A stretch of 64,000 nt of DNA, from NCBI GenBank assembly GCA_963754925.1, contig CAVWHX010000004.1:1152001-1216000 (forward strand), given 5' to 3'. The notes under the pieces are model-generated. The model searched no databases, was not told the origin of the DNA, and saw only the letters and a program-made list of their open reading frames with translations. The position numbers were made by a program, and so were the translations under genes. Shown piece after piece: positions 42,132-53,394 of the stretch; the stretch's first letter is position 1; every line of letters begins with the position of its first letter. The stretch is from an uncultured delta proteobacterium. GTDB lineage: Bacteria > Myxococcota > B64-G9.

Positions 42132-42527
42132 ATGTCCAAGCAGGTTAATGTCTTTAAAGATGAGGGCCTGGTAGAGATCATCTATGCCGGCGAGGTTACG
42201 TCGGCAGACCTCGCCGAAGACCGCAAGGTGGGAGAGAAGGTCTGTCGCGAAGCGGGAGTGGAAAAGGTCCTGGTTGATTGCCTGGAGCTCCGTATTCCTC
42301 TATCGATCATCCCTCTCTTTGATCACGGAATCTGTCTTGCGAGATCGCCCGTTCTGGGACGGATCAAACACGCACTCATTGTGCCCGAGGCAATTGTGGA
42401 GGATGCTCATTTCTTTGAGGCGGTCTTATGTAATCGAGGCGTGAAAATGCGATACTTCACGACACGATCCGAAGCCCTTGCATGGTTGAATGCCTCGCCG
42501 AACAAACCCATCCAGAGCGACAATTAG
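42132..42527 (+). CDS. Hypothetical protein (SpoIIAA-like), possibly a former integron cassette
   Basis: Strong RBS; 'KVLVD', 'RYFTTRSEALAWL'. Flanked by GTTCGGC and GCCGAAC. Confidence 0.6.
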   Translation: MSKQVNVFKDEGLVEIIYAGEVTSADLAEDRKVGEKVCREAGVEKVLVDCLELRIPLSIIPLFDHGICLARSPVLGRIKHALIVPEAIVEDAHFFEAVLCNRGVKMRYFTTRSEALAWLNASPNKPIQSDN

Positions 42528-42641
42528 CTAAAGAGAGTGAGTGCTACCCATGGGCAAAGTCATATGCTGATTTCGATACGTAGGTACGATAGGTGAAGCG
42601 CGGTTCGTTGCGGTGGGAAAACACGTGGGTCCGGAGGGTAT

Positions 42642-43082
42642 ATGAGCACTACGGATTTTGAGAAGCTGGGCTGTTCCGAAAGATGCCTGTATGGGCCGCG
42701 GAAACTGCTGCTGTGCGGGTTTGCGCCTGATGTTCAGCCCAAGCTCAAGGCGCTGCTATCGATGGTGGACCTCTCCGATATTCCGCTGGTATGGGCGCAA
42801 AGCGCGGATGGTGAACGCGTGATGGCCCGCTTGCTGGAAAAACTGGACGGCAGCGGCGAGGGATCTCCGTCCCCGTTTGCCCGGGCGATTATCGTGGCCG
42901 GAATCGAGGAAGCCGAGTTGCTTCGCTTGATGGAAGGCTGCCAACGATCCGGAATGCAGCCGCCCCTATGGGCAACCCTGACGCCGACATCGGAGAAATG
43001 GACGCTTACCCGCCTGCTCGATGAATTAGACGCAGAAAGAAAGGCGTTCGCCCGTCAAAAGCAAGACCAAGGCAACCCATAA
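42642..43082 (+). CDS. DUF3783-like protein
   Basis: 'LWATLTPTSEKWTLTRLLDELDAER' pattern; RBS GGAGGG. Confidence 0.65.
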   Translation: MSTTDFEKLGCSERCLYGPRKLLLCGFAPDVQPKLKALLSMVDLSDIPLVWAQSADGERVMARLLEKLDGSGEGSPSPFARAIIVAGIEEAELLRLMEGCQRSGMQPPLWATLTPTSEKWTLTRLLDELDAERKAFARQKQDQGNP

Positions 43083-43244
43083 TCATAGACTTTTGCCGTA
43101 AATGTTAAGTTAACCTCTCAAAACAACTCACCGATTTTTTGACTACGTTTCCATCTTCGAGTAGTATGAACGAGAATAGATAGTACTCAAATTGCAATAC
43201 ACATACTTAAGGCAAATGGGGGCTGGGGACGTGGGGGGAGGCCT

Positions 43245-45146
43245 TTAGTACGGCAGAATTCCAATACCCGTAAAATTGAACAATTCTTTAAACTCGGGAT
43301 GGGCGGCTACTACGTCGTTAATTTCCGCAGTGACGACCGCTTTGGTGGTTTCCGTTGGATCCATACTTATCAAAAAATTACTGAGATTCGCATCGAATGT
43401 TATGAACTTCGCAGCGCCCTGGTGGTTGGACCACTGCGTCCATTTCGGAAGCGTAGATCCCGATGGATTAGGGTCGCCTGTTTTCACAAATGCAGCCAGG
43501 TAATCCATCATAGCATCTTGGAGCGCCACGCGTCCGGCCTTATTGGCCTCCGTGAAGGAAATACCTTTGAAATAGTCGGTGCCGGCTCCGAAGAAAAACG
43601 GTATATCCTGAGCGTGGGATGCGCCGAAAATAAATTTGAAATCCTTGAGAGCCGGGTCTTGCCCGCCGGACCAGGTGAAAAGATACGAATAAACCGCATT
43701 CGCGGTATCATTGGTTTTTATCGCCCGGGCGGTTGCATGACATTCTGCCAGCCATTTGCGGCTTTTAAGCAAACCGGTTTCTTCGTATGCACGGCGGTCA
43801 TGTTCGGTCGGCAGCACTTCGTTCAACGTTCTGGTGCGATTAAGAACTTCATCGCGACTAAGAACATCATAAAGACTAAACCAGGAGTAGGATCCCGACG
43901 GAACTTTAGGTTCTAAGAAGAACCTTAATGCTAAACCGAAAAGCGTCATGAGATCCTTGAATTCATACTGAGTGTTGCCGATGATCAAAGGAACCTTTTT
44001 GAATTGTCCGGAACGAATCGTATCCAGCCAGCTTGTTTCCGGAAGAACCGTGCCGTCCATGAAGCCCGTGGGCGCAGGTATGAACGATCCATAACCGGGG
44101 CCGCCTATGGCCGCCCACAATATTTGCTCGGCGCTTTTACCTCGCAGGTAGTCTTCGATCTGCGCATTAGTCATTTTCGCGCGGTAGCTGCCCGCGACTG
44201 CTATATTTTTAGCGACTCCATCTTGTTTCAGCATGTAATCAATCATGAGGTTGGTTTGCTCATCGCCATCGGTAAATTTTTTCAGCGGCATCACTTCCGA
44301 CACGGCCGGACTTTCGGCAAAGGCCCTTTGAAAATTATTGGTCATTGGAGATATGATCAGGTTCATGACATGCGCTCCGCCGGCAGATTGGCCGCCGACG
44401 GTAACGTTTGCGGGATCGCCGCCGAAAGCGGCGATGTTTTTCTGAACCCAGGCCAAGGCCTTCATGGTATCCAGCGTGCCGTAGTTGCCCGACTTGTCCT
44501 GCGCTGTCCCGCTTGCCCGCAATGCCGGGTGCGTCAGCCAGCCCAGCATCTGCAACCGGTACTGGATAATAACGACTATCAGGTTGCCTCGTTTGGCCAG
44601 GGCGGTTCCATCGAAGTCTTGGGCCGAGCCGAGGATATTGGCGCCGCCATGAATCCACACCAAGACGGGCAGACCGGTTGAGTCCGTCAAAGGACGGTAG
44701 ATGTCCAGACAGAGACAGTCCTCGTTGCCGGTAACGGCATTGGAAGAGCGCCAGAATTTATCGGTTACCTGCTGTATACACACGCTACAGGGGGAGACGG
44801 CCTGGCGCACACCAGTCCACGGATCCGGATCCACCGGCGCCTTCCAGCGGAGCGCACCCACCGGCGGCTTGGCAAAAGGAATGCCTTTCCATATCAGGGC
44901 GTCGTTCGCGGCATACCCTTTGACGGCGCCGGACGCCGTATTGACCGTTTGCCCGCCGTTTTTTGAGGCACCGCGGCCAGCGCTGCTTGAGCCATTGACG
45001 CCAGCGCTGTTTGAATTACCACCGCCTCCTCTGGTCACCTGGCTTTCACTGACGCAACCGGTGATGGCGACCGATGCTGAAAGAACAATCACCCCTGCCG
45101 TCGCAAATCGAATCCACTGAAAAAATAATCTGAATTTATTGTGCAT
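43245..45146 (-). CDS. Type-B carboxylesterase lipoprotein
   Basis: Lipobox ITGC, KGIPFAKPPVGALRW, EDCL, WIHGG, GQSAG nucleophile, SHAQDI. Confidence 0.9.
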   Translation of the reverse strand: MHNKFRLFFQWIRFATAGVIVLSASVAITGCVSESQVTRGGGGNSNSAGVNGSSSAGRGASKNGGQTVNTASGAVKGYAANDALIWKGIPFAKPPVGALRWKAPVDPDPWTGVRQAVSPCSVCIQQVTDKFWRSSNAVTGNEDCLCLDIYRPLTDSTGLPVLVWIHGGANILGSAQDFDGTALAKRGNLIVVIIQYRLQMLGWLTHPALRASGTAQDKSGNYGTLDTMKALAWVQKNIAAFGGDPANVTVGGQSAGGAHVMNLIISPMTNNFQRAFAESPAVSEVMPLKKFTDGDEQTNLMIDYMLKQDGVAKNIAVAGSYRAKMTNAQIEDYLRGKSAEQILWAAIGGPGYGSFIPAPTGFMDGTVLPETSWLDTIRSGQFKKVPLIIGNTQYEFKDLMTLFGLALRFFLEPKVPSGSYSWFSLYDVLSRDEVLNRTRTLNEVLPTEHDRRAYEETGLLKSRKWLAECHATARAIKTNDTANAVYSYLFTWSGGQDPALKDFKFIFGASHAQDIPFFFGAGTDYFKGISFTEANKAGRVALQDAMMDYLAAFVKTGDPNPSGSTLPKWTQWSNHQGAAKFITFDANLSNFLISMDPTETTKAVVTAEINDVVAAHPEFKELFNFTGIGILPY

Positions 45147-45411
45147 GAAGTTGCCTCAACGTTAGAGGGAGTGGCCATTGCCATTGTTTTGATCAACCAC
45201 GGTAGTCGCCGGGGCTTGCTTGCCGGGGCTTCCTAACGTATTCATTCTAAAGTTAACCACAAAACATAGCAACGAGTATACTAAGAAGGTCTATTGGTAA
45301 AAGGAGCGGTCTACTTTCCTAAGGAGGTGGCATCTATCGGGGAAACCATATATACAGCAGGGAGGTATCGATTCGACGTTACCGGGAATAGTAAACGAGG
45401 GAGAACCATGA

Positions 45412-46071
45412 ATGACCGCGCTTTCAAAAACTGAAAATAAGGTATTGATGGCTCAGGCGCGTGAATCTCTCCGGGGCAAATGGGGGTTAGCGGCCGGAAC
45501 GTTTTTTGTCTATGTTATAATTTTTGCTTTCCTGCAGGCGATCCCGGTTATCGGGTGGATTGCTTCCGTCATCATCACCGGTCCCCTGATTCTCGGGTTG
45601 ACCATGTTTATGCTGTCCATTTCAAGGAAACAGGATGCTCGGCTTCCTCAGATATTTGATGGTTTTCAGAAGTTTGGCGTTGGATTCGGAGCATACTGTC
45701 TAACGGCGTTATTTGTCGTACTGTGGATGTTGCTCCTTATCGTGCCTGGAATCATCGCGGCGTTTTCGTATGCACTAACCTATTTCATCATTGTTGACGA
45801 CGGCTCGATTCGTCCCCTGCAAGCCATAACGAAGAGCAAAGAAATGATGCACGGAAATAAATTGAAACTATTTTATCTGTGTTGCAGGTTCTTGGGCTGG
45901 GCGTTAGTGTGTGTGTTAACCTGTGGTATCGGATTTTTTTGGCTTTGCCCCTATGTGATGGTGAGTATGGCAACGTTTTATGATGAGCTTAAGAATCAAC
46001 AACACAACGGCTTCGTCGATCCCCAACTGACGCCCGCGGCGGGCAGCCCGGGGTTCGGGAATGTCCGTTGA
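45412..46071 (+). CDS. DUF975-like membrane protein
   Basis: 'ARESLRGKWG', 'LLLIVPGIIAAFSY', 'SKEMMHGNK', 'TFYDEL'. Confidence 0.8.
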   Translation: MTALSKTENKVLMAQARESLRGKWGLAAGTFFVYVIIFAFLQAIPVIGWIASVIITGPLILGLTMFMLSISRKQDARLPQIFDGFQKFGVGFGAYCLTALFVVLWMLLLIVPGIIAAFSYALTYFIIVDDGSIRPLQAITKSKEMMHGNKLKLFYLCCRFLGWALVCVLTCGIGFFWLCPYVMVSMATFYDELKNQQHNGFVDPQLTPAAGSPGFGNVR

Positions 46072-46080
46072 GGAGCCACC

Positions 46081-46920
46081 ATGGCGTTTTTCACTCGAGA
46101 CAATGCACGTATTTATTTTGAGGACACCGGCAGCGGCGAGCCGATAATTGCCGTTCATGGACTTATTGAAAACGCCGTTTACTGGAATATAACCGGAGTG
46201 ACCAAAGCCCTGACAAAGACCAAACGCTTAATTGCTATGGAGATGCGCGGTCACGGACGCACGGTGGTCACCGGCGATCCCCTTGGTTTTGATGTCGATA
46301 CCGTAGGCGACGATATCATCGCCCTTGCCGATCATCTCAAGATCGACCGATTTCACGTCCTCACGCATTCAACCGGCGGGATTGCGGCGGTGCGGCATGC
46401 GATGAAGGATTTCAGCCGTTTTGCAACATTGATTCTCTGCGACACGTCGTCAGCGACCTCGGCAGTGTCTGCGGATCCGGAGACCATCAGGCAACTTAAT
46501 AATAGCCTTGCGAAAAGTTTTGAGAGGTTCACCTGGGACCAAATAATTAACAACTTGAAAAATAACCCCGGGCCGTTTTTTAGAGGTCTGGTTGAATCGG
46601 AAAAGTGTGACGAACTGTTAGGCCTCATGCGCGAAATAGTGGAGTACCAGGATCGCAAAATCGCAGCGTCTTTTGTGAGGTCCTTTTATACGGATCCCGA
46701 TCCGAGGATTGAGGATCTCAGGAAAATACGCTGCCCGGTCCTGATTATTTACGGCGAGAAAGACGATCTATTCATACAATCCAGCAAGTTGATGGCAAAA
46801 GAAATTCCCGGCGCGACCATAATCGAGTATCCGGGAGTAGGCCATATTACCGCCCTTGAAGCTCCGGAACGCCTGGCTGCCGACGTACTTGAGTTCATAC
46901 ATCGGCATCCGCTGAACTAA
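46081..46920 (+). CDS. Alpha/beta fold hydrolase
   Basis: VHG, MRGHGRT, HSTGG nucleophile, GEKD, GVGH. Confidence 0.85.
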   Translation: MAFFTRDNARIYFEDTGSGEPIIAVHGLIENAVYWNITGVTKALTKTKRLIAMEMRGHGRTVVTGDPLGFDVDTVGDDIIALADHLKIDRFHVLTHSTGGIAAVRHAMKDFSRFATLILCDTSSATSAVSADPETIRQLNNSLAKSFERFTWDQIINNLKNNPGPFFRGLVESEKCDELLGLMREIVEYQDRKIAASFVRSFYTDPDPRIEDLRKIRCPVLIIYGEKDDLFIQSSKLMAKEIPGATIIEYPGVGHITALEAPERLAADVLEFIHRHPLN

Positions 46921-47012
46921 GCGTTAAGCTTGGGAAGCATAACAGGTGAGTATGGTTGGGCCCATACTGGTAACGAGTTGACCCGATCCGGTAAGGAATC
47001 AGAATTCCGTGG

Positions 47013-49502
47013 TCACTTCTTCGACCCGTATCTCTTGAGCCGCTTGAGATGCTCGTCCACATTGAGGTTGAGATACTCCGCCAGCTCGCATAATCCGCCG
47101 GCCGTCTCCCCGTCGGGTCCGCCCACCCGACGCCGAGCCAGCAGACGATCGAGCGCTACCGGCAGTAATTCGGCCACTCGATCCTGCAGCGAGGCCTCGT
47201 CGATTTTGAGTTGAGTCTCGCGGGATTTCTCAATCAACGTCGTGAAACGCCTACAGTCTTCCTTGGTCGGTTGCTTTAAAATCTGATCGAGTCGCTCGGC
47301 AAGATGGCGCGAGAGCAGAGCCGCGGCCGGCCCGCGGTCAAGCGGAGCGCCGAGCTGTTCCACCCGTTTGGCCTGTTCGAACGCCATGAGGGCGGTTCGC
47401 TCATCCGACAGGCCGGCTATCAAACGGTTGAAACGGCGGCTGCCGGCGTAACCGGCGACCAGTTTGAGCTCTTCCGGCAGGCCGATACCCAGCGGCAGCA
47501 GGGCCAAAAACGACTCTTCATGGCGATTGAAAATATCTTCGTAAACCGCGCCAATCTCCTCGAGCAGGGGATGCTGCAACGCCGAGACCGCCTGCTGGCG
47601 AAGCTCCAGGAGCATATCCGCGAGTCCGAAGCATTCGTCATAGTCGCTCTGCAATGCGCCGCAGGCAACGCCAAACCCATTGCGCTGAAAAGCGCGAAGC
47701 AGCCGATCGAGATCGGGCGCACGGCCATGGGAACGCACGCCACGCACAAAAGCCTTAAGCTGGAGGTTGGGCCCGGTAACCACCACCACCTCGAATGTTC
47801 CGCTCTCGCCGGTGCGCTCGATCGTGATATGCACCGTGCCGGCGAACCCCAAGAACAAGCCGAGACGGGCGGTGCGGCTGTTTTCCATGGTTATCTGGAA
47901 ATGGTAGAGGGGGCGTTCGCTTGTCTGCGGGTCGAGAACCGTCAGGATGGCATAGTGGGCGGCGATCTTATTGGGCAACAACGCCGACGGTATAACGAAA
48001 TGCGTAACCAGGGTTAATCCGTTGCCGAGCGCTTGAATGTTGCTGCGCGCGAGGCTCAACTCGCGACGGTATTCTTGATCCTGCGGACGGCCCGCGATAG
48101 CGGCGGCGAATTGCGCGGCGCGCTCCGCGTACCTGAGGTTTTGCACGGTTTCGATGCCGGATAGATCCGAAAAAAACCATCCACACGAGGTATACATCAA
48201 CATGCCGTGCCGTTCCATCTCAAGCAGCTGCAACGCGCGCGCCTGCTCGTCCGCGCTCAAGGCGCGGCGGGCGTGCCGGGCAAAGAACCCTTTCTTCTGG
48301 CGCGTCCCGCCAAGTATCACCTCGATATAGTGATCGCGCGCGAGCCATGGATCGCGGAAGATCTTCTCTCCCTCGTGCTCGAAAATGAGGTCCAGGCGCT
48401 CGCGCAGCCTATTAAATGCTCGGCGCAACGGAGCCCGCCAGCCTTGATTCCATCCGGCCGCTCCGCCGGTTGAGCAGCCGCAATCCTCCCGCCAACGGCC
48501 CACGCCATGGGCGCAGCTCCAGGCCGTCCCGAGACCATCCCGACCGGGTTTCAACCGTACCTCCCACAGGGGTGGGTGTTCGTCAAGGTAGACGTGGGGG
48601 TTGGTAAGCGTTAAGCCGCGGTTAGGCAATTCGCGGCTTGCCAGGTATGCCAGGCACATGTCGCCCATGGGTTCATGGTGGCCGTAGCTCTCGCCGTCGG
48701 TGCACACCAACACCAGCCGGTCGCCCGGCGTGGTTGGGCCTTCGTGGGCGGCTTCGAGAATGCGATCGGCGAACACGCCGGCGTTGCGCAGCAGATGTTC
48801 ATACGCCACCCCGCGCGAAAGCCCGGCATGGTAGAACAGCACCGCAATGGTGCCCTGTGGCGTGCGGCAGAGATAGGGTTGGTGAAGGGGAATGGTTGCG
48901 TTTGAAACATCCACCCAATTTCCCGAACCGATGAATGAAATCGATTGAGCCTGCGAGGGAGCCATGATGACGAAACGCATCCCCGCTCGTGCGAGGTCGG
49001 CGAGGGTGGCATCGTTGCAGGCGGTTTCGGGCAGCCACAGGGCGGTCGCCGGGCGTCCGAAGCGCGCCCGAAAATCGTACAACCCCCACATGATTTGCGT
49101 CCAACGGTCGGCCGGGGTGGCGAGGGGTAATATCATGTGGTTATAGGCTTGGGCAATGGCGTTGCCATGCTTGCGTTCGCGCACCGAAACCGTGTCAGCC
49201 TTGAGAATGTGCTGATAGGTCATGGGGTGGTGTTCGGCCATATAACTCAAGAGCGTCGGACCAAAGTTGAAACTCAGGTGTTCGTAGTTATTGACTACCG
49301 CATTCACTCGCCCGCGATGGTCGAGAACGCGACTGCGTGCGTTCGGCGTATAGCATTCGGCCGTGATGCGCTCGTTCCAGTCGTGATAGGGAGCGGCCGA
49401 CTCCTGCGGCTCGATGGCGCCGGTCCATGGGTTCTCGCGCGGCGGCTGGTAAAAGTGACCGTGAATGATGATATGGATCTTTTTCTGTCCATCGGTCGAC
49501 AT
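47013..49502 (-). CDS. Glycoside hydrolase family 57 / DUF3536 protein
   Basis: IHGHFYQPPRENPW, SFNFGPTLL, WLPETA, TDGESYGHH, WSCAHG, MYTSCGWFF. Confidence 0.9.
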   Translation of the reverse strand: MSTDGQKKIHIIIHGHFYQPPRENPWTGAIEPQESAAPYHDWNERITAECYTPNARSRVLDHRGRVNAVVNNYEHLSFNFGPTLLSYMAEHHPMTYQHILKADTVSVRERKHGNAIAQAYNHMILPLATPADRWTQIMWGLYDFRARFGRPATALWLPETACNDATLADLARAGMRFVIMAPSQAQSISFIGSGNWVDVSNATIPLHQPYLCRTPQGTIAVLFYHAGLSRGVAYEHLLRNAGVFADRILEAAHEGPTTPGDRLVLVCTDGESYGHHEPMGDMCLAYLASRELPNRGLTLTNPHVYLDEHPPLWEVRLKPGRDGLGTAWSCAHGVGRWREDCGCSTGGAAGWNQGWRAPLRRAFNRLRERLDLIFEHEGEKIFRDPWLARDHYIEVILGGTRQKKGFFARHARRALSADEQARALQLLEMERHGMLMYTSCGWFFSDLSGIETVQNLRYAERAAQFAAAIAGRPQDQEYRRELSLARSNIQALGNGLTLVTHFVIPSALLPNKIAAHYAILTVLDPQTSERPLYHFQITMENSRTARLGLFLGFAGTVHITIERTGESGTFEVVVVTGPNLQLKAFVRGVRSHGRAPDLDRLLRAFQRNGFGVACGALQSDYDECFGLADMLLELRQQAVSALQHPLLEEIGAVYEDIFNRHEESFLALLPLGIGLPEELKLVAGYAGSRRFNRLIAGLSDERTALMAFEQAKRVEQLGAPLDRGPAAALLSRHLAERLDQILKQPTKEDCRRFTTLIEKSRETQLKIDEASLQDRVAELLPVALDRLLARRRVGGPDGETAGGLCELAEYLNLNVDEHLKRLKRYGSKK

Positions 49503-49535
49503 GCGCGTAAGTTTACTCGGAAGCGGGACGAGGAT

Positions 49536-52278
49536 CTACTTTTGTCGTTCGGAGCGGCGCCGGTCGAGCCGCAGCGCCTTGATCAAAGCGGGGATCCCGA
49601 AGATGGCGACGAGCATCGTGATAAAGATGGCGACCACCAGGATACCTCCGAACGAGATCATGCCGCGATGATGCGCGAGCAGGAGCGAGCCGAACCCCGT
49701 CATGGCCGTCGCAGCGGCCAGCCACAAGGCGTTGCCCATCGTTGCGATCAGCCGGGTCAGGTCGGAGCCGTCCGGTTCGCGCCACCGGTGGGTCATGAAG
49801 ATGCCGTAGTCGATGCCGATCCCCATGAGGATCGGTAAGAACAGCTGGTTGGCCATATTGAGGTCGATCCCGGCCGCGCCCAGAATACCCAGCGACAGCG
49901 TGATGGCGGTGCAGAGCGGGAACATCGTCAGCAGCACGTCCCACAATCTGCGGAAGTCGACGAGCACTAGGAGGAAAATGATGATGGCGGCCATCCATGA
50001 AGCTTGGACAAAGCCATGGTGAATCATTCGGGTGGTCGTCCGGTAGACGACGCCAAACCCCGTGGTTCTCTCTGGTCCCTCCTTCGGGCCGAAGACATCG
50101 CTGGCCGCCTGCTCCACCTCGCCGACGAATTGATCCAGGAAGGCGATATTCCAGACCTCCTCATTGGGGAAGATCATCGTGGCGATGCGGCCGCTTCTGC
50201 CGACGAACCGATCCCGCATCTGCGGATCGAGCGATTCCATCACGACGGTCTCGCCGCGGAGCATCTCAAGCAGCGCGTTACGGCCCGTGATGACGGCTTC
50301 AAAGAATGCCTTTTCAAACGCCGCCTGATTCCGCTCGGCCCCGGGTTTCAGAAGCGCCGCCTCGATAGCCTTGAACCGAGTGAGGATCTTCTCGAGACGG
50401 GCCACCAAGTCCTTGAGGCCGCCGCTGAAGGCGTCTTCCTGAGCGGCCTCCACCCGTTGGACCAGTTGCGCCACACGGCCGCGTAAAGCCGTTACATCGG
50501 GCGGGTCATCCGGGACTCTCACCGGCACCGCTTCGATGCTCTTCGTCATTTCGAAAAAGAGCCGGCGCTTTTCCTCTTGATCCGGCGGGAGCAGCATGGA
50601 AATCGACTCGATCCGCCGAAACTGACGGCTTGTTTTCAAGCTCCTTTTGCAGGAGGCGCACCTGATCCACGTTGTCGGCGACGACCGAGATGAACTGCGT
50701 CTTGTACGGGGTCTGCTTATCCAAAAGGTCGCCGACGCGCACCGCCTCGCTGTTCACCGCCAGCAGGTTGTTGAGGTTATAGTCAAATCGCAACTCCGGG
50801 ATTTGCGTCGCCGCAAGCGCCACGGCGATCAGGATCACGACAACCGCGGTCTTGGGGAATCGCAGCACCGGCCCGGACAAGCGGCGCAGAAGCTTCGATT
50901 CCGCTAGTCGGGCCATTTCATCGGGTCGCGATTTCGGCGGAAAATGCGCCACCAGCGCGGGATGCACGAAGAAGGACGCGAGCAACGCGCAGAGGATTCC
51001 GGTGCCGGCGACGATCCCCAGTTCGGAGAAGGCCGGCTGATCCGTAAAGCCGATGGCGAAAAATGCGGCGATGGTCGCCGCCGCCCCGCTTCCGACGCCT
51101 TGTCCCACGTGCGTCAACGTGTTGTGAACCGCGTCGGCCGGAGTGCGCCCGGCCGCGATTTCCTCGTCATATCGGCGAACGAACACCACCCCGTAATCGA
51201 TTCCCAGTCCGAACAGAATGCCCACGAACGCTGAGGTGAGGTAGTTCAGGTGCCCAATCGTGAAGTACGTGACACCGAAATTCCACACGACGCTGAACGC
51301 CACCGGCACGAACATGAGCAACGTGCGGTGAAACGACCGGGCCGCGGCCCAGACCAGCAGGAAAATCACGATCGGAGCGATGATCGACACCATGGTGAGG
51401 TCGTGTTCGACCAGGCCGATTTCCTCCTCGATCGACACCGGCCATCCGGTGAACCCGACGGTGACGCCCGGGTGGTTCTGCAGCACGCGCTGGGCGGTCT
51501 GTCGCGCGTAGCGCATGAGCGGAACGACGTAATCGGTGTCGTCGATGCTCCGGGACTGCTGCACGAACAGGATCTTCAGGCGTCCTTGATTGCCGATCAG
51601 GAAACCCTTTTCGTCCGTGTGCGAATCGCTGAATCTCGCGGCCATTTCGCCGAAGGTCTTCTCGCCCAGGTCCAGGGTGGCGCTCTCCGGGGTTTCGAGG
51701 AACTTCTGCCATTGCGCGAGGAAGCGATCGGCGATCTCAAAACCGTCCTCGACGGTTTTCTTGTCGATGGTCGTGGAGGATTGAGACATCCTATCCGCTT
51801 CGGGTTCGGCGGCAGCCAGAAGGCCGTTCCAATTGCCTGAGCCGAAAGCCTTTTTCAGCACCGGCCCATATTCCCGCAACCCCTCATCCATCTTCTTCAA
51901 GCCGTCCAGGGGAAGATAGTACAACCCGGATTTTTTCATCGCTTCCAAGTTAATCCGGTAGAACACATTTTTCACCCAGGTTGGATCCTGCATCAGCGCC
52001 TGGGCGAGATCGGTCGCGGCGGCGCGCGTAGCGAGGGGGTCGCCTTCCAGGAGGACAATCAACTGGTTTTGAGCGCCGAAGTCGGAGCAGAACTCAATGT
52101 AGCGCCGCTCTTCCGGGATGCGCGAGTCCACCATGCCTTCGCGGGTCGTCAGAACGGGCAGCCGGACCATGAGCACGCCGGAGACGATCGTGAGCACCGC
52201 GGCCACGGCGATGACCCAGAAGCCGCGAGAGGTTACGGCGCAATTGGCCAGGAAATTGTAGAATTTATCGCGCAGCAT
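49536..52278 (-). CDS. HpnN/BstA-like MMPL (RND) lipid transporter, split by a +1 indel near 50617
   Basis: Two halves with GLGIDYG and GIGIDYG, and FSELG. Removing one base reads KPSVSRIESIS across the junction. Confidence 0.8.
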
Positions 52279-52567
52279 GCGGGGAGGGTAAAGAATCGGG
52301 GTCGGTGGTTAGCTCAAAAAAGTATGGGAAATTTAGATACACGTTTGATTCTTTCGCTCCAAAACATCCCTACAACTACCATAGCATGAGGTAACTATTA
52401 ATTCACTTTTCTGTCAATGAAATGAGAAGAAAGCATTCTGATTCGTCCTTCTTCCCGCATATTTTGTTTGACTTTTTTGGGTACCGTGATTTCGATAGTG
52501 ATGGCGATTTTGTGTATTCCAGAGTTGTGGAGATAAATGTAATTATAAACCATTAACGAGGTGCATT

Positions 52568-53394
52568 ATGGAACCAAAGGTTCAGCAGAGAAACGTTAGG
52601 GGATCGACGGCGTTGACCTCTGGATGTCGCAAAGCCTGCTCAGTCGCCCCAAGGCGGTGATCGTAATCGTCCATGGAGTGTGCGAGCACAGTGGTCGTTA
52701 TGATTATGTGGTCTCTCGCCTAAACTCCTTTGGTTATTCCGTGTACCGCTTTGACCTCCGCGGCCACGGCCGTTCCGGCGGCGAGCGTGGATATGTCGAG
52801 GATTATCAGCTCTATGTTGACGATACCAACCAGGTTGTGAGCATTGCTCAGAAGGAAAACACCGGCATACCCATGGTTATGCTCGCTCACAGCATGGGAG
52901 GATTCATCGCCGCTCAGTACGGCGTCAAGTACCCCGACCGTCTCTTGGGCCAGGTGCTGTGCGGCGCCGCGGTGATAGTTCCGCCCATGTTCAAAGATCT
53001 TGAGACCACCCTGGATTACAACGCTACGCCGCGAAACCCCGTCCCCAATACCATGATAAACATTGTCTCGCGCGACCAACAGGTGGTAACGGCATATATC
53101 AACGATCCCCTCGCGCTCAAGCAGTTGACCACCAAGCTGTTGGGCGAGGTCTTTCTCAAGGGCGCGCGAGATATTATGAACAGAGCGGCGAGCTACCACT
53201 ACCCCTGCCTCATCCTCTATGGCGGAGGCGATCTCATCGTCAACCCGGATGCTTCACGCTACTTCTATGAACATATCTCGTCGAAGGATAAGCAGATCAA
53301 GAGCTATGACGGGCTGTACCACGAGATCCTCAACGAACCGGAAAAGGACACGGTGCTTGAAGATATCCGCCAGTGGATAGACGCCCGGGTTTGA
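52568..53394 (+). CDS. Lysophospholipase/monoacylglycerol-lipase-like hydrolase, with a -1 indel near 52600
   Basis: RBS GAGGTG and ATG 52568; VHGVCEHSGRY, DLRGHGRS, AHSMGG, YHEILNE. Confidence 0.85.
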
